From Desulfobacterales bacterium (GTDB lineage: Bacteria; Desulfobacterota; Desulfobacteria; Desulfobacterales; C00003060), in contig JABXJX010000003.1 of NCBI GenBank assembly GCA_013375375.1, positions 1-53,471 of the forward strand: 53,471 nucleotides of DNA, read 5' to 3'. A program made the translations under genes and the position numbers. This document shows positions 37,415 to 45,318 of this stretch, in pieces. Each line of letters opens with the position of its first letter. The first letter of the stretch is position 1. The notes beneath the pieces are model-generated. The model did no database searches, had not been told where the DNA came from, and was given only the letters and a program-made list of their open reading frames with translations.

Positions 37415-38200
37415 ATGAAAAACCGGACACTTTTATTTGGTGAAGGTCTGTTTGAAACGTTTCGTGTCTATGCGGGCAGAAAGCTTGTTTTTGTAGAGGA
37501 CCACCTGGACCGCATGGCTGATGGGTGCCGCTTTTTTGCTCTCCCATTCTCCGGAAAGAAAGGAATGGATGCCTTGGAATCCGCCCTGGCTGAGATTCCG
37601 GATAATACTGAGGCCCGTCTTCGGCTCAACCTTATCTCCTATGGGGATCAAGGCGTGGAGGAGACAGCCTTTCGGACAACCTGGGAGCCGTTGCAGGAGA
37701 TGGAGGCCCGGCAGAGTTCGGGAGTCAAGTTGACTTTAGCGCCTTTTCAGAGATTTTCCCGTTCTCCATTGGTGAGGTTTAAGACGACCTCCTACCTGGA
37801 AAATATTTCTGCTTTCAGGTTGGCCAGAGAGCGGGGATTTTTTGATGCTCTTTTTATTAACGAGCGCGGCGAGATCACCGAAGGGTGTATCACCAATATA
37901 TTTTTTTTGAGCAAGGGACATATCTTTACCCCTCCTACAGACGCAGGCCTCCTTCCGGGTATCACGCGCAAGCAGATCATAGAGGTTGCCCGGGTGCTTG
38001 GCTTATCGGTGGCGGAATCCACGATCACACCTGCGGATTTGAACCGATTTGACGGGGCCTTTGTTACCAACTCGGTCATTGAGATCCTGCCGGTGTGCAC
38101 GGCAGGCGACACGGATTACGGGATCCCTGAAATGGTCGAGGCGCTGCGAGGGGGATACCGGAAACGCTTGGAAGCCTCTTTATTTCCCCCTGGACCATAA
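37415..38200 (+). CDS. class IV aminotransferase-fold protein (aminodeoxychorismate lyase-like)
   Basis: GEGLFETFRV and ..EGCITNIFF...G.IFTPP...GLLPGITR are typical of PabC/IlvE fold type IV. The start abuts the previous stop (TAGATG). Confidence 0.75.
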   Translation: MKNRTLLFGEGLFETFRVYAGRKLVFVEDHLDRMADGCRFFALPFSGKKGMDALESALAEIPDNTEARLRLNLISYGDQGVEETAFRTTWEPLQEMEARQSSGVKLTLAPFQRFSRSPLVRFKTTSYLENISAFRLARERGFFDALFINERGEITEGCITNIFFLSKGHIFTPPTDAGLLPGITRKQIIEVARVLGLSVAESTITPADLNRFDGAFVTNSVIEILPVCTAGDTDYGIPEMVEALRGGYRKRLEASLFPPGP

Positions 38201-38222
38201 TCTCCGACCCTCAAAAATTGGC

Positions 38223-38251
38223 TTGACATGCATCCATATTTTGCGTAAAAT
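38223..38251 (+). promoter_or_regulatory. consensus-like sigma-70 promoter
   Basis: TTGACA-N17-TAAAAT. The -10 element overlaps the first ATG of the downstream ATPase ORF. Confidence 0.5.
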
Positions 38252-39524
38252 GGAGAGCATGATATCCATTTTTATAGAAAGAGAGATCGCCAAGTTCGCT
38301 TTTTCAGATGAGTGGCTGGACAGCACCATGCTCTTCATTGCCGGTCCGCGCCAGTGCGGGAAGACGTCGTTGGCCCGCAAATTCTTGGAAGAAAAAGGTT
38401 GTTCGTCTTTATATTACAACTGGGATATTGAAAAGGTCAGGAAGAGGTATCGTGGGGACCCGGATTTTTTTGTCAAAGATGCCTCGCAGTTACGAATTGA
38501 AAAACCTTATGTGGTCCTTGACGAAATCCATAAGGTTACCCGCTGGAAGAATATCCTTAAAGGCGTTTACGATGAATATCAGCATCTGATCAGCATCATT
38601 GTGACAGGCAGCGCCCGTCTTGACCTTTTTAGAAGAAGCGGCGATTCTCTGGTGGGGCGTTACACCATGGCTCATCTGTTTCCTTTTTCGCTGAGGGAAT
38701 GGGCCGGCGGCATCAATGATATACCCTCCTCCTGGCTGCACGAAGATGGCGACTGGAAAAATACGGCAAAAGCCCTCGATACCAAGCTCGCCGATTCTCC
38801 GTTCGTTTCAAAAGATCTGGCGGAATCCTACTACAGGTTTGGACCCTTTCCGGCTCCCCTTATTTCAGGGTCTGAAAAGCGGTCTCGGAAATGGCACAGA
38901 GATTATATCACTCTTCTGGTAAGAGAGGATCTGCGTGACCTGTCCGGTATTCGGGAACTGGACCGGGTTTCTCACCTGGTGGAATTGCTTCCCAGCCGTG
39001 TGGGGTCACCGCTTTCCCTTCGAAGTCTGGGAGAGGATCTTGAAGCCAACCACTCCACTGTAAGGAACTGGCTTGAAGCATTGCACAGGCTCTATTTGGT
39101 TTGGCCGCTTCGCCCCTATTCGGGCAAGCTGCATCGCACCCTCCGTAAAGAGCCCAAATGGTATTTTCTTGATTGGACCTTTGCCGGCAGTGAAAGCGGC
39201 CGGTTTGAAAACCTGATTGCAAGTGCATTATATCGGTTTGTCACCAGCCTTTATGATCGGGGTTGGCCGGAAGTGAAGCTTCATTATGTCAGAACATACG
39301 ATAAGAAAGAGATCGATTTTGTACTTACACTGGCCGAAAAACCTATTTTGGCGATTGAGGCCAAACTCGGTGATGCAAGATTCTCACCTCAACTAAGAAG
39401 GTTCTGCGAAGCTGTAGGGGGGAAATTCCCTATATTGCAGGTAGTCAGTCAGCCAGGAGTTTTTCTGAGGAAGGGTCCAGGTGAGTATTTGGTCGGTTAT
39501 GACAGGCTGCTGATGGTTCTTTAG
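38250..39524 (+). CDS. AAA-domain ATPase with DUF4143-type C-terminal region
   Basis: The segments IAGPRQCGKTSL (Walker A) and VVLDEIHK (Walker B) are followed by a C-terminal PD-(D/E)xK-like segment (EIDFVL..ILAIEAK). The start is either 38250 or 38259; the upstream part of the track ORF overlaps the pabC-like gene. Confidence 0.8.
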   Translation: MESMISIFIEREIAKFAFSDEWLDSTMLFIAGPRQCGKTSLARKFLEEKGCSSLYYNWDIEKVRKRYRGDPDFFVKDASQLRIEKPYVVLDEIHKVTRWKNILKGVYDEYQHLISIIVTGSARLDLFRRSGDSLVGRYTMAHLFPFSLREWAGGINDIPSSWLHEDGDWKNTAKALDTKLADSPFVSKDLAESYYRFGPFPAPLISGSEKRSRKWHRDYITLLVREDLRDLSGIRELDRVSHLVELLPSRVGSPLSLRSLGEDLEANHSTVRNWLEALHRLYLVWPLRPYSGKLHRTLRKEPKWYFLDWTFAGSESGRFENLIASALYRFVTSLYDRGWPEVKLHYVRTYDKKEIDFVLTLAEKPILAIEAKLGDARFSPQLRRFCEAVGGKFPILQVVSQPGVFLRKGPGEYLVGYDRLLMVL

Positions 39525-39644
39525 CACATTGGTTGAAAGATTCGTGTTGCCACTGGCATGGGATATTTTTCAAATTCTTTAGTGAATGTCTTCTGAAAAG
39601 AAAGGTTGCATAAGGGCCTGAAAATAGTATCAACCGCTTCTCGT

Positions 39645-39672
39645 TTGACAAATCGCTGTTATTCTATATGAT
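39645..39672 (+). promoter_or_regulatory. sigma-70-like promoter upstream of the mod gene
   Basis: TTGACA-N16-TATGAT, about 30 nt upstream of the mod ATG. Confidence 0.4.
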
Positions 39673-39702
39673 TGTGGATGGACACAAACCAGGGAACTGA
39701 TT

Positions 39703-41625
39703 ATGGATAAGAATAGCTTGAGGACAAACGAGGTAAATCAAACTGGGCTTTACTGGCCCACCAAAAGGACAGAAGTTGAGAGGGTAATCCTTCCTTTCCA
39801 GACAGTAGAGACTATAAATGAGTCCAAGGCGGACAGGGATGAACTGACCCTCTTCAGGCAAAGGGGTAAGCCCGCCCCTGGCTGGAGGAACAAGCTCATC
39901 TGGGGCGATAACAAATACATCCTCGCAAGCCTCCTGCCTGAATTTGCGGGAAAGATCAACCTCATTTACATTGACCCACCGTTTGCTACCGGAGCAGACT
40001 TCTCCATCAATATCAAACTCGGTGATCTGAAATGGACAAAAGAGGCATCGGTCATTGAGGAAAAAGCATATCGGGATACCTGGGGCAGGGGCCTGGATTC
40101 TTATCTCCAGATGATGTATGACCGGGTGGTGCTGATGCGGGAACTATTAGCGGACAATGGTTCTATTTATGTCCACCTTGATTGGCATGTTGGACATTAC
40201 ATAAAGATTATTCTGGATGATGTGTTTGGGAAAGAGAATTTTGTTAATGAGGTGATTTGGCAAAAGATTAGATCTTCAAAGGGGCAAAGCAGAGGGTACG
40301 GAAATGTACACGATATAGTTTTGTTTTATGCCAAAGCAGCGGGCTATCAATTCAACAAGCCTTATGTGGAACTGGATCAGAAGTTACTAAAGACTCATTA
40401 CAAGTATGTTGAGGAAAAAACTGGGCGTGTGTATCAGTTATGTGATCTTACTCAGAGTGGGGCGGGACCAGCGAGAAAATTTGGGAAAAATAAATTGCTG
40501 GAACCACCACCAGGTAAGCACTGGATCTGGTCTCAACATAAGATAGATGAGGCAATGGGCAACGGGCGCATAGTCTTTACAACAGGGAAGATGCCAAGGT
40601 TAAAGAGGTATTTAGACGAGTCTAAAGGCAATCCAGTGGAAGATATTTGGAGCGATATTTATCCTATTAATTCGATGGCGAAAGAAAGGTTGGACTATCC
40701 TACACAAAAACCTGAGACTCTTTTAGAACGTATCATTAAAGCCTCTTCAAACGAAGGCGACCTCGTAGCCGATTTTTTCTGTGGCTCCGGCACTGCTGCG
40801 GCTGTTGCCGAAAAACTTGGTAGGCGGTGGATCGCAGCAGACCTCTCCAAATTTGCTATCCACACCAGCCGCAAGCGGCTTCTGGACATTCCGGACTGTA
40901 AGCCATTTGAAGTCTTGAACCTTGGCAAATATCAGAAGGCGAAACTCAAGGAGAACGGAGTTAGTGGCTACGTTGACTTTATCCTGAAACTCTATCGGGC
41001 TGAACCTCTCTCCGGTTATACCATCCTACATGGCAAGAAGGCGGGGCGAATGGTGCATATTGGTGACGTGGACTCCATTGTCACCGAGCGGGAGATAAGG
41101 GAGACGGTCAAAGAATGTGCCTCAACCGGCGTAAAATCAGTTGACATCCTGGGGTGGGATTTTGAGATGGGACTGCATGATTTAGTTGATAGGATTGGGG
41201 ACGAGCATTCTGTCAAGATTCGCCTGGTACAGATCCCCAGGGAAGCTCTTGAGGTCAGGGATGTGGCAAGGGAAGAGGTAAAGTTCTTTGATCTAAATTA
41301 TCTTGAGATAGCCCACAAATTGAAGAGGGAAACGTTAACTATTATGCTGAAAGACTTTGTCATCTCCAATCCGGAGTATCTGCCCGAAGAGGTGAGAGGG
41401 AAGGTCAAAAAGTTCTCCGACTATATTGACTACTGGGCAGTGGACTTTCATTACAAAGACGACACCTTCCACAATATGTGGCAGTCCTTCCGCACACGAA
41501 AGCATCCTAGTCTTGAGACAAAATGTTCTCATACCTATGAGAAGGCCGGGAAGTATCAAGTTCTGGTCAAGGTGGTGGATATTTTTGGAAATGACACGAA
41601 TAAGTTGCTTGAAATAAAGGTTTAA
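39703..41625 (+). CDS. mod: Type III-like DNA methyltransferase (Mod; beta-class N6A/N4C MTase) with long C-terminal extension
   Basis: Motif IV ([11 protein letters not shown]) precedes motif I ([25 protein letters not shown]), which is the beta permutation. The C-terminal extension is about 250 aa and ends in a PKD-like strand pattern ([17 protein letters not shown]). Confidence 0.85.
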   Translation: MDKNSLRTNEVNQTGLYWPTKRTEVERVILPFQTVETINESKADRDELTLFRQRGKPAPGWRNKLIWGDNKYILASLLPEFAGKINLIYIDPPFATGADFSINIKLGDLKWTKEASVIEEKAYRDTWGRGLDSYLQMMYDRVVLMRELLADNGSIYVHLDWHVGHYIKIILDDVFGKENFVNEVIWQKIRSSKGQSRGYGNVHDIVLFYAKAAGYQFNKPYVELDQKLLKTHYKYVEEKTGRVYQLCDLTQSGAGPARKFGKNKLLEPPPGKHWIWSQHKIDEAMGNGRIVFTTGKMPRLKRYLDESKGNPVEDIWSDIYPINSMAKERLDYPTQKPETLLERIIKASSNEGDLVADFFCGSGTAAAVAEKLGRRWIAADLSKFAIHTSRKRLLDIPDCKPFEVLNLGKYQKAKLKENGVSGYVDFILKLYRAEPLSGYTILHGKKAGRMVHIGDVDSIVTEREIRETVKECASTGVKSVDILGWDFEMGLHDLVDRIGDEHSVKIRLVQIPREALEVRDVAREEVKFFDLNYLEIAHKLKRETLTIMLKDFVISNPEYLPEEVRGKVKKFSDYIDYWAVDFHYKDDTFHNMWQSFRTRKHPSLETKCSHTYEKAGKYQVLVKVVDIFGNDTNKLLEIKV

Positions 41626-41629
41626 TACG

Positions 41630-42661
41630 ATGGCTCGTGGTGATCTATTAAAAAGGCTTTTTCTTACTTACCTCCAGCGGAATGATGATGCCTTCCGGAG
41701 TGTTGCTATGGAGATTATAGCAGAGGAACAAAAGAAGAACCACACACTTCTTGCAGGGGAACTTCAGAGAATCCTTTCTAATAGTGCGATGAACAACTCA
41801 ACAGTTGAACCACGATATGACCTTTCTTCGCTACCCAAAGATCGGGAACGTCATGCCCTTTTAGTAGAAATACGAAAGGCTGAACGGTACTTCCCAGATA
41901 TTATTCTCTCAAAAGAAAACCAGAAAACAATCGAGGAAATCATGGAGGAATTCCGACGGGGCGAGATTCTACGGTCTCATGGCATAAACCGTAGAACGAA
42001 GTTATTGTTCTGTGGCCCCCCCGGATGTGGCAAGACGCTTCTCGGAGAAGTTATAGCGGCAGAATTGGGACTGCCGATTCTATATACGAGGTTTGACACT
42101 ATAGTTTCTTCGTATCTCGGCGAAACATCAGCCAATTTACGCAAGGTATTTGATTATGCAACAAGGGGTACATGGGTTATTTTTTTTGACGAGTTTGATG
42201 CTATTGGAAAAAGCCGGGATGATCTCACAGAGCATGGTGAACTAAAGCGTGTCATCAACAGTTTTTTGCAGCTTTTGGATGGATTTAGAAGTGAAAGCTT
42301 GGTTATAGCCGCAACAAATCACGAGCATCTTTTAGATACTGCTCTATGGAGAAGATTTGATGAGATTTTGCGATTGGAACGTCCATCCGTACAGGATATT
42401 CGAATCCTGCTAACCAAGAAACTTGCCAGCATTCCGCATCCTCAAATAAAGCCAGAAGCAATTGCTTCTAGCCTGAAAGGTTTATCTCATGCTGAAGTTG
42501 AGCGTGTTTGTTATGATGCAATTCGACTTTGTGTACTTCGTGATTCTTCAGAAGTTACACCTGAATTGTTTGAAGAATCCATGGAGAGGGAAAAGCAGCG
42601 CCTAAAAATTATTCGTACAGCAGACAAACGGATTAAAAATTCCGTGAAGGCGTCTAAGTAA
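41630..42661 (+). CDS. classical AAA ATPase (IetA-like)
   Basis: Walker A (GPPGCGKTLL), Walker B (VIFFDEFDAIG), sensor-1 (VIAATNH) and Arg finger (ALWRRFD). It starts 4 nt after the mod stop. Confidence 0.8.
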   Translation: MARGDLLKRLFLTYLQRNDDAFRSVAMEIIAEEQKKNHTLLAGELQRILSNSAMNNSTVEPRYDLSSLPKDRERHALLVEIRKAERYFPDIILSKENQKTIEEIMEEFRRGEILRSHGINRRTKLLFCGPPGCGKTLLGEVIAAELGLPILYTRFDTIVSSYLGETSANLRKVFDYATRGTWVIFFDEFDAIGKSRDDLTEHGELKRVINSFLQLLDGFRSESLVIAATNHEHLLDTALWRRFDEILRLERPSVQDIRILLTKKLASIPHPQIKPEAIASSLKGLSHAEVERVCYDAIRLCVLRDSSEVTPELFEESMEREKQRLKIIRTADKRIKNSVKASK

Positions 42662-42664
42662 GTT

Positions 42665-45280
42665 ATGGCTGACGAAAACGTTAAAAGATATGCTCATCTT
42701 CTTCTTCCTCGTGCCGAGGTTGAACTGGAAAGAAGGCAACGGCGAGGCTTCAGTGTCGTATCACCTAAGCCATTTGCTGAGCATGGGTCACAGATAAACA
42801 CGCAAGTTGGTTCCGCACTCCAGCAATTTCAATCCCGTGCACAAAGGCGACCTCCTGGCATAGATCCAAAACTGCTTCTTCGGATCCGTCTTGAGAGAGC
42901 AGGAGCTATCCCAGATGACGAATGGCGCAAAAACGGTCTTATTCTTGTTTCTGAAGAACGTGATGGGGTGACAGTTCTTTTGGCCGGTGAACCCGAATTG
43001 CTTGCCTTCCAGCACCGTCTTCGCGATTATCAACACGGCCCACGACCACAGAAAAAGACGTCTGCAAAACAAGAAATTTTGCCAGAAGGAATGAAATTTC
43101 CTGATCTTCTGAAGGATAAAATTCAATACGATGCTGACAAAAAGCAACTGATCTTTGAAGGCGTTATGTCCCAGGAAGAGAAGGATGAATTATTAAAACT
43201 GTCACCGGACGACCGGTATCAAAAAGCTGTAGAAGCACTCTTCCAGAATTCCCAGAAACCACCATATGCGTCATTATTTGATGCAATCTTAAAAGTTCGG
43301 GAATACGGACCAGAAGATCGGAAAGGTAAACTGTTGCAAGAGGCCACACTTGAATCAACGAAAGAATATGCGTTGGATTTGGAGCTTTGGCATCCAGGGG
43401 ATACCAATGTAGCCCGTCAATCCCTTTCGCAAGTTGAGACATTTATCTCCCAGCAAGGCGGAAGGGTTGTGGATCGCTATATTGGAACATCGGTTTGTCT
43501 TGCACGAGTGATTGTGCAAGGAAATATAATAGACCAACTCCTTCAACTGGAGCCTGTTGCCAAACTGGATTTGCCACCGAGACCCACCTTAACGGTTGCT
43601 GAGGTATCGCGACTGACCTTGGAGGATTTCCCTCCCATTACAAGACCTCCTTCCGAGGCTCCCCGTGTTTGTGTGTTGGATAGTGGGATTGCAACTGGAC
43701 ATCCAATGCTATCTCCGGCAGTAGGCGATTCAATTTCTGTTCCCTCTTCTCTTGGCTCATCTATTGATGAACATGGTCATGGAACACAGGTGGCTGGACT
43801 TGCTCTCTACAACGATATTTCAGAATGCATTCGAACCCGCCAGTTTAGTCCTTCTCTGTGGGTTATGAGTGCGAAGGTCACCAAAATGGAGGATGGACCT
43901 TTTGGTCGCGAGATAAGGTTCCCCGATGAAAAACTTATCTCCACCCAAATGCGTGAAGCCATTGAATATTTCTACAGAGAACACGAATGTAGGGTTTTTA
44001 ATATTTCTCTCGGTGATGACCGATTAGTTTATGATGGGGGCAAACCTTCTATCTGGGCATGGACACTTGATGACATAGCGAGAGAGTTAGATGTAATAAT
44101 CATTGTATCATCTGGCAATTCGCCAGTTTTACAGACTGACGATCCAAAGGATAATCTTGATGGATATCCAAAATATCTTCTGTGCGCAGAAAACAGGATA
44201 GTTGAACCCTCAACGGCAGCGATACCTCTTACAGTAGGCTCGCTGGCTCATTCGGAAGCCCCTCGTGGAGCCGGTGGTCGAGATGATATAGCGTTAAGAG
44301 CAGTTGCTCAAAAGGATATGCCATCGCCATTTACTCGAATAGGCCCTGGAATTGGGGGTGCTGTGAAGCCTGAACTCTGTGAGTATGGGGGTAACCTTGT
44401 TTTTGATCACCGTCTAAACAGGCTACAGGATAAAAATCTTGAAGTTGAAATTGTTTCCTTCTGCCATGATTATGCAACCGGAAGACTTTTTGCTTGGGAC
44501 AAGGGAACTAGCTTGGCTGCTCCCAAGGTTACTCATTATGCGGCCCAGCTTTTATCTATTTTTCCCCGGTCTTCTGTAAATTTGGTTCGTGCGCTTTTGG
44601 TCAGTTCGGCCTCAATTCCTGAAGTAGCAAAGGAAGTTCTTTCAGTTTCGGGTAACGATGAATACCTCAAAGTCTGCGGCTATGGTAAACCAAATTTCAA
44701 TGTAGCTGCCTACTCATTTGATAATAGAGTCACCTTGTTTGCAGAAAATGAACTTTTGGGGGATCGTTTTCATGTTTATGAAATCCCCCTGCCAGATATT
44801 TTTAGACACACAAGGGGCAAGCGGAGTATAACCGTTACGTTGGCATTTGATCCCCCTACCCGTCATACCCGAAAAGATTACCTTGGATTTACCATGAAAT
44901 TCTGGCTAGTCAGAGGGAAAACTTTAAAGGAAGTAGAGAGAATTTTTGTAAAAACTAAACCAAGGGAAGAAACAGTGCAGGGTATTTCTGGCGCACGTTT
45001 TGAGTGTGATTTAAAACCTGGTCATAGGATAAGAGAGCGAGGGACGCTGCAAAAGGGTATATTTTCCATGAGCAGAAATCCTGACGAGACATATGGGGAC
45101 ACCTATTACCTTGTGGTGCAGTGTGTCAGAAATTGGAGCTATGAAGAAAAGCAACGCTACGCAGTCGTTGTAGCTCTGGAACACTTAAGTTTGGAAGCTA
45201 CATTATTTGAAAGAGTTAGCCTTTATCAGGCGGTTCAAGAGCAAATTGAAGCAAGGGAGCGCATTCTCATAAGGCATTAA
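42665..45280 (+). CDS. S8-family subtilisin-like serine protease (IetS-like), 871 aa
   Basis: The catalytic triad is intact: Asp (RVCVLDSGI), His (DEHGHGTQVAGLA) and Ser (DKGTSLAAPKVTHYAAQL), plus the oxyanion Asn (SSGNS). It starts 3 nt after the AAA stop. Confidence 0.8.
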   Translation: MADENVKRYAHLLLPRAEVELERRQRRGFSVVSPKPFAEHGSQINTQVGSALQQFQSRAQRRPPGIDPKLLLRIRLERAGAIPDDEWRKNGLILVSEERDGVTVLLAGEPELLAFQHRLRDYQHGPRPQKKTSAKQEILPEGMKFPDLLKDKIQYDADKKQLIFEGVMSQEEKDELLKLSPDDRYQKAVEALFQNSQKPPYASLFDAILKVREYGPEDRKGKLLQEATLESTKEYALDLELWHPGDTNVARQSLSQVETFISQQGGRVVDRYIGTSVCLARVIVQGNIIDQLLQLEPVAKLDLPPRPTLTVAEVSRLTLEDFPPITRPPSEAPRVCVLDSGIATGHPMLSPAVGDSISVPSSLGSSIDEHGHGTQVAGLALYNDISECIRTRQFSPSLWVMSAKVTKMEDGPFGREIRFPDEKLISTQMREAIEYFYREHECRVFNISLGDDRLVYDGGKPSIWAWTLDDIARELDVIIIVSSGNSPVLQTDDPKDNLDGYPKYLLCAENRIVEPSTAAIPLTVGSLAHSEAPRGAGGRDDIALRAVAQKDMPSPFTRIGPGIGGAVKPELCEYGGNLVFDHRLNRLQDKNLEVEIVSFCHDYATGRLFAWDKGTSLAAPKVTHYAAQLLSIFPRSSVNLVRALLVSSASIPEVAKEVLSVSGNDEYLKVCGYGKPNFNVAAYSFDNRVTLFAENELLGDRFHVYEIPLPDIFRHTRGKRSITVTLAFDPPTRHTRKDYLGFTMKFWLVRGKTLKEVERIFVKTKPREETVQGISGARFECDLKPGHRIRERGTLQKGIFSMSRNPDETYGDTYYLVVQCVRNWSYEEKQRYAVVVALEHLSLEATLFERVSLYQAVQEQIEARERILIRH

Positions 45281-45318
45281 GAATTAAGACTGAGTACCGC
45301 TATTACGGCGAAGTAATT

